A stretch of DNA of 64,000 nucleotides, from positions 138,720 to 202,719 of IMG/VR virus record IMGVR_UViG_3300035390_000014, one strand, 5' to 3'. This DNA is from a virus (taxonomy: Duplodnaviria; Caudoviricetes). Below the pieces are notes generated by a model, which had not been told where the DNA came from, searched no databases, and was given only the letters and a program-made list of their open reading frames with translations. Position 1 is the first letter of the stretch. Every line of letters begins with the position of its first letter. Below are positions 37,741-48,685 of the stretch, one piece after another. Made by a program: the position numbers and the translations under genes.

Positions 37741-37873
37741 GCACATAATGATTACAAAAAAAATACCCAATCTATAAAAGACTGGGTATTTTTTTGCGGA
37801 GTTTAAACCACCTTTACATAATACACCCCCGACATTACTTCCTCGTTAGTGTTACATAAATCTTTTTTTTGAT

Positions 37874-38014
37874 TTATTTATTAAAAGGACATCCCTTACA
37901 GCATTCATTGCCTTTGTTACAATCAAAGCATTCAGATGGATATTTGCATATTTCGCACCAATAAGCTTTTGTAAAGATTCCTTGTACCAGATGTTCGTGA
38001 ATAAATTTCCACAT
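37874..38014 (-). CDS. 46-aa Cys-rich mini-protein
   Basis: Manual translation MWKFIHEHLVQGIFTKAYWCEICKYPSECFDCNKGNECCKGCPFNK; AGGAG upstream. Confidence 0.45.
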   Translation of the reverse strand: MWKFIHEHLVQGIFTKAYWCEICKYPSECFDCNKGNECCKGCPFNK

Positions 38015-38343
38015 AATCAAGTCTCCTTATAAAGTTAAGTTGCAATAATCTCTTACCTATGACTTAATAATATATATAGAATATTTAATTATATTGGATT
38101 CTATTCAGACATAAATAAATTCTGATAAGCAGATTTATGAATCTCTCCACTATTACCACCGATCATTTTTTGTTTTGCCTTTTCATCTTTTTCTAAATAC
38201 TTATAAGCATCTTTATGAAACTCACCAGTATTGTTTCCTATTATTATTTCCTTTACTTTAGAAAACATTATAATATCTCCTTTAAAATATAAACAACATA
38301 AATAATTGATTCAATTGATAAAATTAAAAACCACCAATCACGT

Positions 38344-38553
38344 CTATTTAACAGCTTCTTTTTTGGCGTCTGTTGCTTCGAACTGCTTGACGTAATTTTT
38401 TGCCTCTTGGTTTCCACACCCAGATACGATTGGTCTCGCACTGGTGTATTCACTGATCGGACTTCGCAAACCTTTAATATCTTTAGCATAAAACACCGCC
38501 CATGAATAACAGTCATCTCCACCAAATTTTACTGCTCTATATTTTTTCGCCAT
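38344..38553 (-). CDS. hypothetical protein
   Basis: Start moved to MAKKY; coupled to the RNase H stop. Confidence 0.55.
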   Translation of the reverse strand: MAKKYRAVKFGGDDCYSWAVFYAKDIKGLRSPISEYTSARPIVSGCGNQEAKNYVKQFEATDAKKEAVK

Positions 38554-38960
38554 TACAATATTCCTTTTTGAGCAAGAGAATCGGCTATAGTATTTTGTTC
38601 TCTTGGTACCCATTGAATAGTTACATATTTTTTTGAGGTTAACCATTCATATAATTGAACAGCGTTAACCCATAAAGGTTTAAGATTATTGGATTTACAT
38701 TTCCATTGACCTGTAACCTGCATGATTACCAATTTTGAATCACCATAGATATCAATGTGAGTTATCTTCTTATCCTTCACAAGATATTTCAACAACTCAA
38801 TCAATCCCATATATTCAGCATAGTTATTAGTTCTATCCTCACTTGCTGTTCTTGATTCATGGTCCACTATATTTTCTTCGGTATCCAGGATTGCCCAACC
38901 ACATTGAGCTAATCCTGGATTCCCTTTAGAAGACCCATCAAAGTATCCTTTACAATGCAT
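38553..38960 (-). CDS. rnhA: ribonuclease HI-like protein
   Basis: YFDGSSKGNPG, TNNYAEY, YGDSKLV, WVPREQNTIADSLA. Confidence 0.9.
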   Translation of the reverse strand: MHCKGYFDGSSKGNPGLAQCGWAILDTEENIVDHESRTASEDRTNNYAEYMGLIELLKYLVKDKKITHIDIYGDSKLVIMQVTGQWKCKSNNLKPLWVNAVQLYEWLTSKKYVTIQWVPREQNTIADSLAQKGIL

Positions 38961-39183
38961 ATTTCTCCTTAAACGTGCGATGTAGGGATCACTAGATCCA
39001 GTCCCACATTATTCGTTTTTTACAAACTTGTTATTAAATTCTATTCCATAAGGAATAATTATAATACAACATACTCCACCAACTATAAATCCTGCACCAA
39101 CTGATACTATGTTTCCAATCCCAATACCAAAACATACTCCAGCTCCTATAGCACAGAACCAGAACAAACATAGTAATCCTTCT

Positions 39184-39402
39184 TTACCCATTTGGTTTTT
39201 CCTCTATTTTTATTTTTGGATTAAATCTAAGAAATGCTATACCATTGATACATACCCATACCCTTCCATCAGATCCAATTTGAATACCTAAATCTCCATT
39301 GAATATCTTATCGTCTGGAAGATTCTCAATTGATATAACCCCTTGACTATGTGTTTCATTCATCTCTTTAAAGACAATTGGAGCTCCAGATAAATCACTC
39401 AT
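39184..39402 (-). CDS. hypothetical protein
   Basis: LGIQIGSDGRVWVCING. Confidence 0.55.
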   Translation of the reverse strand: MSDLSGAPIVFKEMNETHSQGVISIENLPDDKIFNGDLGIQIGSDGRVWVCINGIAFLRFNPKIKIEEKPNG

Positions 39403-39724
39403 AGGTTTTCCTCATATAATCTGATGCCTTAACAACATCAAGAGATGGCCATAACCGTTTGCAATATCCAAGTTCAGGGATATCCCAATGACCCATACTT
39501 CCACCAGGTCCTTCTCTTTTGGCTTCTACACCATAATCAATTGCCATTTTGCGAATCATCTCAGACCCACCACTATGGTCTTCCCGACTCTCACCTTTTG
39601 TCACAACTGTCCATGACATACACTCAGCATCACATTGTTTTGGATATCCAGTTTTTCCCATAATAAATGGGCACTTTTTTGTTGAGCAAAGATCAGTTGG
39701 TATTAATGGAACTTTTTTATTCAT
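39395..39724 (-). CDS. hypothetical Cys-containing protein
   Basis: KKCPF...CDAECMSW...GYCKRL. Confidence 0.55.
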   Translation of the reverse strand: MNKKVPLIPTDLCSTKKCPFIMGKTGYPKQCDAECMSWTVVTKGESREDHSGGSEMIRKMAIDYGVEAKREGPGGSMGHWDIPELGYCKRLWPSLDVVKASDYMRKTYE

Positions 39725-39727
39725 TTT

Positions 39728-40180
39728 TTATCCTCTTGTTTTTTCAATTCCATATGGATATTGAACCTCAGGTCTGTTTGGTTTTTCATCGAACTTTTCC
39801 CAAGGAAATGTCACCCAGTCATTACATGTTTCCACCCAATAATCAGGTGTGATAACTGAGCGATCCTTAACAAACAATACTGCAGTTATTGGTTTAAACC
39901 CTAACCATATACCAATATCTTTTAATGTTTTGCCAGTATCGGCAATGTCATCAACAAATAAAACTCTTTCAAGTTCATCTTTATTTAATTCATGAAGCAA
40001 TCCCTTATCAAGATATTTAAGATCAAGATGATGACTCATATGAACTGCAATTGGTAATCCACCTCTTTTAGGTCCATAAACAAAATCCAATTCTCCATGA
40101 ATTGCATGACCCTCAATATAATTAACCATTTTATCAAGCATATGATCATAATCGTTATATGTTACAATTCTATTTTCCAC
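39728..40180 (-). CDS. type I phosphoribosyltransferase (xanthine/guanine PRT-like)
   Basis: GPKRGGLPIA, VLFVDDIADTGKTL, WVTFPWE. Confidence 0.85.
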   Translation of the reverse strand: MENRIVTYNDYDHMLDKMVNYIEGHAIHGELDFVYGPKRGGLPIAVHMSHHLDLKYLDKGLLHELNKDELERVLFVDDIADTGKTLKDIGIWLGFKPITAVLFVKDRSVITPDYWVETCNDWVTFPWEKFDEKPNRPEVQYPYGIEKTRG

Positions 40181-40349
40181 TAAACCTCTCCTTCTTTAGC
40201 AGCTTTTAACATTTTCTCTGCAAGTTCCGGACTACTGTCAATTCTATGTCTCATTTCCCAACAGTTATCGCATTCTTTAGTTCCCAAGTATGATGTATCT
40301 TTTCCACACCATTTACATTTATATGTTTGCTCTGGCATTATTATTTCTC

Positions 40350-40730
40350 CTATCTTATTTTTTTAGTTGCAGCCATTCTAATCGTTTTATATATAGTTGG
40401 AATATCTAAATCTTTGTTAAAATTAGATCTATATCCAAATCCTGCAGAAGGACCTTTTATTTTCTTTACAAGATCAACAGATGATGATGTTAATTTTATC
40501 ATCACCTTACCAATTGTTTTTTTATCTTTTCCCAAATAATTAGATAATTCATTAACAGTTAAACATAATTTTTGTTGATTTAAAATCCAAAGAATTTCTT
40601 CACCAATAGTTTGAAACATTCTTTTTGGGGCTTTTATAACAAGCCCTGATTGAGTTTGTAACATACCTCTACCATATAATCTTTTTTCAAGTTTAAGCAC
40701 TTCTGATGATTTTCTCATTTTACCATCCAT
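40350..40730 (-). CDS. winged-helix DNA-binding protein
   Basis: LTVNELSNYLGKDKKTIGKVMIKL. Confidence 0.55.
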   Translation of the reverse strand: MDGKMRKSSEVLKLEKRLYGRGMLQTQSGLVIKAPKRMFQTIGEEILWILNQQKLCLTVNELSNYLGKDKKTIGKVMIKLTSSSVDLVKKIKGPSAGFGYRSNFNKDLDIPTIYKTIRMAATKKIR

Positions 40731-41121
40731 TATCCCAATGAATAAAAGTTGTTATATCCGGCATATTACTTTTATACCGAATCTCATTATCAACTATCAA
40801 ATCAATTTTAAAATTATTACATAAGATTCCTTTTGACTCCCACCAATAGAAATCATCACACCACCAATAACCCTTTTCATCCTGGTTCATTGGAACTCGA
40901 GAATTAAATCTCAAATAATCAACGACTGATAAAACATTGCAACCTTGATAATGTATTCTTTCAAAATAACCAAGTTTTATCAGTTCAGCTCTGATTTGTT
41001 CTTCTGGTGGACCAGATATAATAAAAACCTCAACTCCACTATTAACAAGAGCTTTCATTTGTGGTTTAAATACTTCTGGACTAGTATTTATTGTTCCATG
41101 GATATCAAAAGCTATTTTCAT
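40720..41121 (-). CDS. HAD-like protein
   Basis: MKIAFDIHGTI...IDLIVDN. Confidence 0.6.
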   Translation of the reverse strand: MKIAFDIHGTINTSPEVFKPQMKALVNSGVEVFIISGPPEEQIRAELIKLGYFERIHYQGCNVLSVVDYLRFNSRVPMNQDEKGYWWCDDFYWWESKGILCNNFKIDLIVDNEIRYKSNMPDITTFIHWDNGW

Positions 41122-41124
41122 AGT

Positions 41125-41385
41125 TTAACCCCCGTTAACTTCAGTCATTCCAAACATATGTTGAGTATCACAATAGGGGCATGTCAATATTTTATCTCCC
41201 ATAGCAACAGTTGGTTGTTTACTTCCGCAGGTAACAATACCAGCTTTATCAACATAAACAAATTTCCTCATGGGAGTTACAAATTTAAAATTCTCTGTAG
41301 GTTCAGTTAATTTTATTTTGGAGGCATCAAAAGTTTTGTAACAGAAATCGCAATTAAAAGTACCAACGGCATCTTCAAATTTCAT
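41125..41385 (-). CDS. Zn-ribbon protein
   Basis: CDFC...CPYC. Confidence 0.55.
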   Translation of the reverse strand: MKFEDAVGTFNCDFCYKTFDASKIKLTEPTENFKFVTPMRKFVYVDKAGIVTCGSKQPTVAMGDKILTCPYCDTQHMFGMTEVNGG

Positions 41386-41388
41386 TTT

Positions 41389-41604
41389 TTACCCCTTTAC
41401 AGATAAATGAACATCACTATTAGTTCCACCAGTTACAACAAGTGTTTTGTTATCTCTCAAAACACAAATCAACCCAGCTATTTGACCTCTTACTCCAGCA
41501 CCCATTGTATCACCAGATGCAATAAGCGGTTTAGCGGAGCTACTTGGTTTAGCCATAAAATAATCAACAATCATTTGTTTTAATTCTTCTCTTGTCATTG
41601 TCAT
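41389..41604 (-). CDS. hypothetical protein
   Basis: ORF track. Confidence 0.5.
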   Translation of the reverse strand: MTMTREELKQMIVDYFMAKPSSSAKPLIASGDTMGAGVRGQIAGLICVLRDNKTLVVTGGTNSDVHLSVKG

Positions 41605-42533
41605 CTTCTGTCTGCTCCTCCATCTATAAAATCAATTTTATTTGGAAATCTTGGATTTATACCATGTACTGACTCAAGTAAATTTTTTCTTGAAATACTA
41701 TAAGGATTTTCTCTTTTGTAATGAGTATTTTCATACATAGTCAATACCTGAGAAATTTGACCACCACGTTTAACAATATCTGGAAATTTTCCATTTGAAT
41801 ACTCTTCCAGAATTTTATCTACTTCTTCATAACTTTCAACATCACCGAATTGATCCAAGTCTGAATCAGTGATACCTAAACCATCAGTTGGGACTGCTTC
41901 AATAACAGATCTGATAGTTCTTCTTTTATCAGAATTAACTGGACTGAAATTATAATATTGTTTTAAAATACCATATACTTCAGTTTTCCAGAGATTTTGA
42001 ATCATTCCATAGTCACCAACATCACCATGGATTGTCCAAAAACCTAACTTATATTCAGTTAGATTATCAGTAGATAAAACAAGTCCCTGGTTAACATGGG
42101 CAAGATGATAAAGTTGAATCATTCTTAACCTAGCTTTAATGTTACCAAGTCTTATTTTATCTGCATAAGTATGAGTTAAAGCTTCTTCCATTGGCAATTC
42201 TATATTATTGATTAAACCATAATATGTACTGGTTAAATCCATAGTTCTAAAATCATTGCAAAATAATTTACCAAGTTTCTCAGCTCGATCAATTTCCTCC
42301 TGGGTATTAACTTCAATTATCAGAGATCGACCTATGAGTTTTATATCTCTATCTAACTGAGTTTTACATCGTTCACATACTTCTTGTGCCAATAGACCTA
42401 CTGCAGCGCTATCAGCACCCCCAGAAACACCCAATACCAAACTTTTGATATTAGGATATTCAACCAGGTAACCAACCGTATAATCGACTACATTCTCTCT
42501 TATACGGTTTAATTCATGACTTGAAGTTATCAT
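41601..42533 (-). CDS. nadE: NH3-dependent NAD+ synthetase
   Basis: LVLGVSGGADS, NIKARLRM, STDNLTE, TIHGD, LWKTEV, PTDGL; no glutaminase domain. Confidence 0.92.
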   Translation of the reverse strand: MITSSHELNRIRENVVDYTVGYLVEYPNIKSLVLGVSGGADSAAVGLLAQEVCERCKTQLDRDIKLIGRSLIIEVNTQEEIDRAEKLGKLFCNDFRTMDLTSTYYGLINNIELPMEEALTHTYADKIRLGNIKARLRMIQLYHLAHVNQGLVLSTDNLTEYKLGFWTIHGDVGDYGMIQNLWKTEVYGILKQYYNFSPVNSDKRRTIRSVIEAVPTDGLGITDSDLDQFGDVESYEEVDKILEEYSNGKFPDIVKRGGQISQVLTMYENTHYKRENPYSISRKNLLESVHGINPRFPNKIDFIDGGADRR

Positions 42534-42535
42534 TT

Positions 42536-42760
42536 TTAATCCTCAAATATTTTATCAACATTTTTAGCAAACCAAAATCCAACTGGAATAGAAGCAATGG
42601 CATATGAACCAAAAACTAACCACCCAACTCCAGATGAAAATATATGACCAAAACCAAAACCCAACCCTATTCCTCCAAATACAAGAGAAATATAAAATAT
42701 CCATATCGCAGATTCTTCATTCATTTTTGTTCTCCTATATTGGTCTGTATACAACTTCAT
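42536..42760 (-). CDS. small membrane protein
   Basis: Two Gly-rich TM segments. Confidence 0.5.
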   Translation of the reverse strand: MKLYTDQYRRTKMNEESAIWIFYISLVFGGIGLGFGFGHIFSSGVGWLVFGSYAIASIPVGFWFAKNVDKIFED

Positions 42761-43040
42761 TCAATCTTACATCTTCAAAATCCCATGAGTCTGGCACATA
42801 TTTATATTCAGTTCCATCGAACCAAATGTCACCTTTTCTCCAGACTCCCATCCACCCAAGATCATCCCGATAATATACAAGACATGGAACTCCCATAACA
42901 ACTTCCCGATTAGGACGAAATTCTTGATATTGGATTGGTTTGGGTGCATATGGATCTTCTTTTTCTGGAAACATTAAATGATCATCTTCAGCTATTTCCA
43001 ATGACTCTCTAGCAATATCACCAGTTAATAGGGAACTCAT
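42735..43040 (-). CDS. hypothetical protein
   Basis: ORF track; start trimmed to MSSLL. Confidence 0.5.
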   Translation of the reverse strand: MSSLLTGDIARESLEIAEDDHLMFPEKEDPYAPKPIQYQEFRPNREVVMGVPCLVYYRDDLGWMGVWRKGDIWFDGTEYKYVPDSWDFEDVRLNEVVYRPI

Positions 43041-43062
43041 AATTCCCTTCTGCTTATAAAAA

Positions 43063-44235
43063 TTAGACATCAAATATTCCTTTTACATATTCTTCAAATT
43101 TAGGATCCAAACACATTGCTTTACCAGATGAATCTGAAACCTTTGCCACAGGGCGACCATTACATTCAGTCATTTTCATAACTATTTGTTGAGGAGTTAC
43201 ACCCAAATCATTTGTAAAATTTGTGCCAATACCATAAGATGTTTTGATTTCAGATGAAAACTTTTTAAACAAATCAACAGCTATTGGGAATGTTAATCCA
43301 TCACTAAACACAGCAACTTTGGATTTTGGATCTATCCCAAGATGATTATAATGTTTAATTAATGTTTCACACCAGTGATAAGGACAACCAGAATCATGTC
43401 TTGCTCCATCAAACAACTTTGCAAAATACAAATCAAAGTCTCTAATAAAAGCATTAAAACCAACTGTATCAGATAATGCTATTCCTAAATCTCCACGATA
43501 AACATCTGACCAAGATTGAAAAGCAGCCTTTTGAGAATCCTCAACACGACCTAATTGCTGATGTGCACAAATATACTCATGGGCCATTGTTCCGGATGGA
43601 GTTAATCCATATTCCATGGCAAAATGAATATTAGAAGTTGCCTTTATATATCTGGTTTTAGAAGCCATTTTAAGCAATTCTTTATGCCATTCATATGAGA
43701 ATCTTCTCCGAGTTCCAAAGTCAGATATTCTGAAATCTGAATCCTTATGAATATGATTATCCAAATAAGCTATTTTTTCATTAAACTTATCTTTGCCTAC
43801 AAGATAAGTGTTTATTCCTCCATCCCCATTGTGATGATGAAACAATTCACTGACTGTTGCAAGAATTGGAACCTCAAATGGAATTGTCATTAACCAAGGA
43901 CCCTCAACAATAATATTAAAACCATTTGAAGTATCAAATCTAACATAGTCATAATTTAATTGAAAATTTCTAAGAAACTCAATAAAACCTGGTTTGAAAA
44001 ATCTGATTGATCTGAGATAATCAATTTCATCGTTTGTAAATTTGAGTTTGCAAAGTTCTTGTATCCAAACTCCAATGTCATTAAAGAGCTTACCCCCATC
44101 AGTTGTTCTTTCGTTAAATAAAGTTCCATTACGATCTTTAAAATCATATCTAACCCAGGCATTTGGATAATTTTCAAATACTGCCTGCATCATTGTTAGT
44201 TTATACAAATCTGTATCACATAATGATTTAATCAT
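43063..44235 (-). CDS. pncB: nicotinate phosphoribosyltransferase
   Basis: DTDLYKLTMMQ, SDFGTRRRFS, GTMAHEY, RHDSG, FSDGL, GIGT, VAKVSDSSGK (PncB-type rather than NadV/Nampt-type DSYK). Confidence 0.93.
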   Translation of the reverse strand: MIKSLCDTDLYKLTMMQAVFENYPNAWVRYDFKDRNGTLFNERTTDGGKLFNDIGVWIQELCKLKFTNDEIDYLRSIRFFKPGFIEFLRNFQLNYDYVRFDTSNGFNIIVEGPWLMTIPFEVPILATVSELFHHHNGDGGINTYLVGKDKFNEKIAYLDNHIHKDSDFRISDFGTRRRFSYEWHKELLKMASKTRYIKATSNIHFAMEYGLTPSGTMAHEYICAHQQLGRVEDSQKAAFQSWSDVYRGDLGIALSDTVGFNAFIRDFDLYFAKLFDGARHDSGCPYHWCETLIKHYNHLGIDPKSKVAVFSDGLTFPIAVDLFKKFSSEIKTSYGIGTNFTNDLGVTPQQIVMKMTECNGRPVAKVSDSSGKAMCLDPKFEEYVKGIFDV

Positions 44236-44907
44236 TTATCTCTCCCATGATTCTTTTTTATGTTCATCTTCTACATTATTTCCATCCCTGTCCAAGTCTT
44301 TCCAACTATTCATTGCATCAATCCTAGAACCTAGAATCATTGCATGTAGTCTTCTCCATAATCCACCCAACATTTCTTTAAGATATTGATACATCCATTT
44401 AAGAGGATTATTAAGTAAAGTCCAAAATGCAGACCATGGCCAATACCCCATCCAGAAAGCTATATGTTTAGTACTTGTTGCAACAGTTGGGATATTTTCG
44501 TATCTCATATGTTCAAAACAAGCACGTTTTTGATTTTCTGGAATAGTCTCAATAGTCACTTTGGGATCGATTTGTCTTTTCTCTTTAAATTCATTAAACG
44601 ATCTATCCCAGTTCCTTCGACTTTCAGTTAAATAAAAGATATATTTAACAATACTATATACAACCCCAATTAGAATATAAGCAAGACCGTATTTAATAAA
44701 TGATGCTGTATTTAAAGAAATCCAATCTGGTAAACTAAAATCACTACATAGTTGAAGTAGAACAAGAAATGCCACTGTTGAAGTCAGAGCAAACCCTGGA
44801 CTTTCATCTTCCAGAAACCAAATCAACAATACATTCCAGACAACAAACGGTACCATAAATGTCCAGCTAAACCAGCCAATAACAATCCATTGCATCCAAT
44901 CCATCAC
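44236..44907 (-). CDS. multi-pass membrane protein
   Basis: Several Trp-rich TM segments. Confidence 0.65.
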   Translation of the reverse strand: MMDWMQWIVIGWFSWTFMVPFVVWNVLLIWFLEDESPGFALTSTVAFLVLLQLCSDFSLPDWISLNTASFIKYGLAYILIGVVYSIVKYIFYLTESRRNWDRSFNEFKEKRQIDPKVTIETIPENQKRACFEHMRYENIPTVATSTKHIAFWMGYWPWSAFWTLLNNPLKWMYQYLKEMLGGLWRRLHAMILGSRIDAMNSWKDLDRDGNNVEDEHKKESWER

Positions 44908-45242
44908 ATTTTCTCCTTATTTTTTAATTCATATTTAATTACTGCTTCATTTGCCATATTCCAATAAAATGCATCTTTACCTTTGTTTTGAAGATACAAC
45001 TTTGATATCCAATAATCAACTTCTTCTGAAAAGTTGTTATGGTCTTCTTGTGGAATAAATGTAAAAAGAAAATCATCTTTTCCATTTGGATGAATATCAG
45101 CTTCAACTCCATGTGTATAACATAAAGATCCACCAACATAACAACCATTAGATGCTGTACCATTATAAATCCCTTTAAGAATTTTCAATACTTCTTCTTC
45201 TGAGATTTCACAATCATCTTCTCGAAAATCATTAATTATCAT
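44904..45242 (-). CDS. hypothetical protein
   Basis: ORF track. Confidence 0.5.
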   Translation of the reverse strand: MIINDFREDDCEISEEEVLKILKGIYNGTASNGCYVGGSLCYTHGVEADIHPNGKDDFLFTFIPQEDHNNFSEEVDYWISKLYLQNKGKDAFYWNMANEAVIKYELKNKEKM

Positions 45243-46945
45243 TACTTCATTCCTATGCTATAAAGTTTATTATCAGTAAAGAACCTTGTTGAAACTCCAC
45301 GTTTGCAAAGCTTCATTGATGAACTTAATTCTTTATCTTTAATCACTTTAACCTTTGATGAACTTGGGTTATCACTGAAGATTTCCATTTGATCATCATA
45401 AATTAAAATAACTATACCATTATCAAGCGTTACAAAATTGACTTCATTCATATCAATAGTGTTTATAAATCGAGTAGTATACATCGCACAGGTAACAGTC
45501 CCAGTCATAATCATAAGTTTATATTCTTTATCCTTTTGATTAAAAACTGAAAATACTGCAACACCACTATCATATTTGGCATCTAATACTTTATAGTCAT
45601 CAAGTTCATCAACTCTAATTCTTATAAGGCGACTATGAACTTTATCAGGCAATGGGACTGTTACATGCTTTGCCCCAAGCAAATCCTCAACAATTACATT
45701 TTTAAATAATTGACTTGAATTTTCTGATATTGACCATACCTTTTTACTAACCAAAAGTATATTGGTTATATGAGATGATTCTGCAAATCTTGTTTCTATA
45801 AGGTCTCCTTTATTTTTAATGTAAATAGTATTATCAACAATCATCATTTTTTCAGCAGCCATTTCAGATCCAGGATAAACTTTGATGCTGGGCGCTAAAG
45901 ATTTCAATTCAATTTCACCATCATTGATTTTAACAAGCGTTGGGATTTGTCTTAAAGGTGTATGAACCACTTCAACATTTTCACCAACTCTATGTATCAT
46001 TGAATTGCCAATGTAAATAGATTTCTTAGTTCTGGTGACAGAAATTCCATTTAAATTATTATGATCTAAAATAGTATCATCGTAATTACTATGCTCTTCA
46101 ATTTTAAAGTTATCAGTTGATGTTACGACAATATATTGAACTGTAACATTAACTTCTCCAGCTCTTGACGGAGGTAATTCTCTTTTACCTTTTTCAAATA
46201 GATTAATAAACCAATCCATATAATTAGTTGGTATCCTGCTAAAGTCCCTAACTGATTTTGCAAAAGTTGTATTTTTATTGAACACGGAAATATTCGCTCT
46301 CATTCTCTTTTCCATGTCATGTCGTTTGAAGTCTTGATGCTTTCCTTTAAAAGGATGAATACCAATAAACAATTGACAAGCTATAATGGCGAATGAATAC
46401 CAATCGGTTAATTCATTAAATGTTTTTGCAGTCCAATCTCTAATGGATGGCATTATCACTGTGGCGGGAAATGATTTGGTTTGATATGAATTAACATCAA
46501 TGAAATAAGCATCCATAAAATTCTTTTCATCAACCAAATAATTCAATTCATTACCATCTACCTGAATACATTTAGCGGCATGTATTTCTTTTATTGTATC
46601 TTGCATCCTGGAGATTAAAGCAATGATTGTGTCGTTTGAAATGTTATTTTGGTTTATAAACGTGTTTGTAAACAGTTTACATAAAGGGGTAACGTTATCA
46701 ATGAAATCCATTGTAAAACCAACCCTAACCCCCTTAGAGTCGCTAATTATATCTTTAGGGATTAATACCTTGGGATGTTTTATCTCTTGAAGTTCATAAA
46801 TCTTTCCGTCGGGAATCATCTCAGAAGGGTTATGATATATTTTATATATTGTTTTGTTCCTTCTATATATCTTAGCTTCTCCGCCCGATGTTACAAAGTC
46901 GTTACCAACGATTTTGACTTTTTGTCCTTTGATAGTATAATCCAT
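45242..46945 (-). CDS. protein kinase-fold protein with a C-terminal beta-rich domain
   Basis: SGGEAKIY, YKIY, DGNELNYLV, FIDVNSY, TDWYSFA, GIHPFKG. Confidence 0.8.
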   Translation of the reverse strand: MDYTIKGQKVKIVGNDFVTSGGEAKIYRRNKTIYKIYHNPSEMIPDGKIYELQEIKHPKVLIPKDIISDSKGVRVGFTMDFIDNVTPLCKLFTNTFINQNNISNDTIIALISRMQDTIKEIHAAKCIQVDGNELNYLVDEKNFMDAYFIDVNSYQTKSFPATVIMPSIRDWTAKTFNELTDWYSFAIIACQLFIGIHPFKGKHQDFKRHDMEKRMRANISVFNKNTTFAKSVRDFSRIPTNYMDWFINLFEKGKRELPPSRAGEVNVTVQYIVVTSTDNFKIEEHSNYDDTILDHNNLNGISVTRTKKSIYIGNSMIHRVGENVEVVHTPLRQIPTLVKINDGEIELKSLAPSIKVYPGSEMAAEKMMIVDNTIYIKNKGDLIETRFAESSHITNILLVSKKVWSISENSSQLFKNVIVEDLLGAKHVTVPLPDKVHSRLIRIRVDELDDYKVLDAKYDSGVAVFSVFNQKDKEYKLMIMTGTVTCAMYTTRFINTIDMNEVNFVTLDNGIVILIYDDQMEIFSDNPSSSKVKVIKDKELSSSMKLCKRGVSTRFFTDNKLYSIGMK

Positions 46946-47836
46946 TTACCAATCCTCATGAAAACAACCTATAGAAAGGTCATCATCATTTATAAAACCT
47001 TTCTTAAGATATTCTTTCATTACCTTTTTAACACGTCTACTTAAAAAGGCACCCTTAGTCAATTTGAAATTCATCATTGATGAAACGACATCTTTATAAT
47101 TGAGTTCATTTTCTTCTGGTGTTAATGTTTGCTCAATAATCTTTGGCATCTCAGTTATAGAACCTTTCGGACTATCATTCATAACTACATATCTTAATTC
47201 ATTGTATAATTTCTTATACTGAATTTCTCGATTAAATACGAATGACTCAACTCCATCACTTGCTATAAAGAGATCCTGTACTTCGTCTTCATGTATATGA
47301 ATATCAAAACAATCCATACTTTGCCCTCTTAAATATTCACCTTTTTCAGTTTCAAAGAAAGCAGCCACATTAGAATTTTTATAATTTTCAAACCCATCAA
47401 TTTGATATCTCAAATAAGCCGGAGCATTTGGTTTATATATCATTCTTCTGATATTTACGTTACCATTGGGTTGTTTCCAACACAAAACACCATCACCATA
47501 CATATATACATGATAATATTTACCAAATTTATATGCAATAATTAATGTTGCATCAAGACTATCAACCTTAGTATAAAACCTAGATTGAGTTTTCAAAGCA
47601 TCAATAATTATACGTTCTCCCATTGCGTCAGGATATAAATCTGGAAGACGACTTTGATGCTCTTTTAAATATTTCAATGCTGTATGACATAAAATCCTTG
47701 CCCCAATATCACTATCCTTTGCTTGAGAACAACCATCAGCAAGAATAATATATGGACAAGGATTACTTCCAGATAAGATATAATCTTGACATATGTCATG
47801 ACTATGTCCTATCTTTAAAAAAGTATCAAGATTCAT
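46946..47836 (-). CDS. PP2C-like phosphatase
   Basis: GHSHDICQD, ILADGCS, GDG, IASDG, DDLS. Confidence 0.8.
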   Translation of the reverse strand: MNLDTFLKIGHSHDICQDYILSGSNPCPYIILADGCSQAKDSDIGARILCHTALKYLKEHQSRLPDLYPDAMGERIIIDALKTQSRFYTKVDSLDATLIIAYKFGKYYHVYMYGDGVLCWKQPNGNVNIRRMIYKPNAPAYLRYQIDGFENYKNSNVAAFFETEKGEYLRGQSMDCFDIHIHEDEVQDLFIASDGVESFVFNREIQYKKLYNELRYVVMNDSPKGSITEMPKIIEQTLTPEENELNYKDVVSSMMNFKLTKGAFLSRRVKKVMKEYLKKGFINDDDLSIGCFHEDW

Positions 47837-47946
47837 TGGTGACTCCTTAATAAATTAACCTACTTAAACCCGTCCAAAATGCTACCCATCCAATAACACC
47901 AAAAATTACTTTACCCATGAACGCCCACAAGGTTCTCCATTGTACA

Positions 47947-48402
47947 TCAGTCATTAAGTGCCTTCATTACATCTTTGATATTGTATTCATCAATTTGCTG
48001 AAAACATTTATCACCGATAACTATTTCAACATCAAATTCAACTCCATTTTCATCAAAATAAGTTATCTTTGCTTCTTGTGGAGATGCATGAAATTGTTCA
48101 TTGGTAATATCCCATCCAACCAAATCAGAATATATATCCTCTGCATATTCTCTTTTAAGGTCTACTCCCCTTAACCGAACTGCTTTCATAATTGCATCAT
48201 CTGAATATCTATCACCTGACATAACCCACGGAGTTATATAGACTAGAATGTCTTCCCAGATATCACCACATGCTTTATAGTCTTTTGTTTCTTCTTCGTA
48301 ATGGTCGCCATCACCAGACATATTCTTTGTGGTTAACATCCAAATATTCTTTGTTTTTGGAACTTTTATTCTTGAGCTTTTTTTAAATGTAATAGATTTC
48401 AT
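47947..48402 (-). CDS. hypothetical protein
   Basis: MSGDGDHYE motif. Confidence 0.55.
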   Translation of the reverse strand: MKSITFKKSSRIKVPKTKNIWMLTTKNMSGDGDHYEEETKDYKACGDIWEDILVYITPWVMSGDRYSDDAIMKAVRLRGVDLKREYAEDIYSDLVGWDITNEQFHASPQEAKITYFDENGVEFDVEIVIGDKCFQQIDEYNIKDVMKALND

Positions 48403-48404
48403 GG

Positions 48405-48674
48405 TTACTCCTTTTTTTCTTTGTTTGAAAGATTTATATTGAATGTTTCAGATGATGCTCCATCAGTTGGATCTTCATTAATCTCACCAAGATGCCATAA
48501 CAGTGCTTTACCAGCTATGGTAATTTCTTTGTCCTGTGTTGCCAATCCTTGTTGAACAAGATCCCATCCACAATTTGGATATGAGAACATTGGTGGAAAT
48601 TTGCCATATTTAGTAAAAGCAAGACACCCTTTAAGCATTGCAATTTGATCTTTTTGTTTTATAACATCTGTCAT
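48405..48674 (-). CDS. hypothetical protein
   Basis: ORF track. Confidence 0.5.
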   Translation of the reverse strand: MTDVIKQKDQIAMLKGCLAFTKYGKFPPMFSYPNCGWDLVQQGLATQDKEITIAGKALLWHLGEINEDPTDGASSETFNINLSNKEKKE

Positions 48675-48685
48675 TTTTATTTTCC

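Noticed and set aside
43063-44235. NARP2-type Nampt (NadV)
   Set aside because: Motifs DLYK and DFGTRRR are PncB-type, and the presence of NadE fits the deamidated route.
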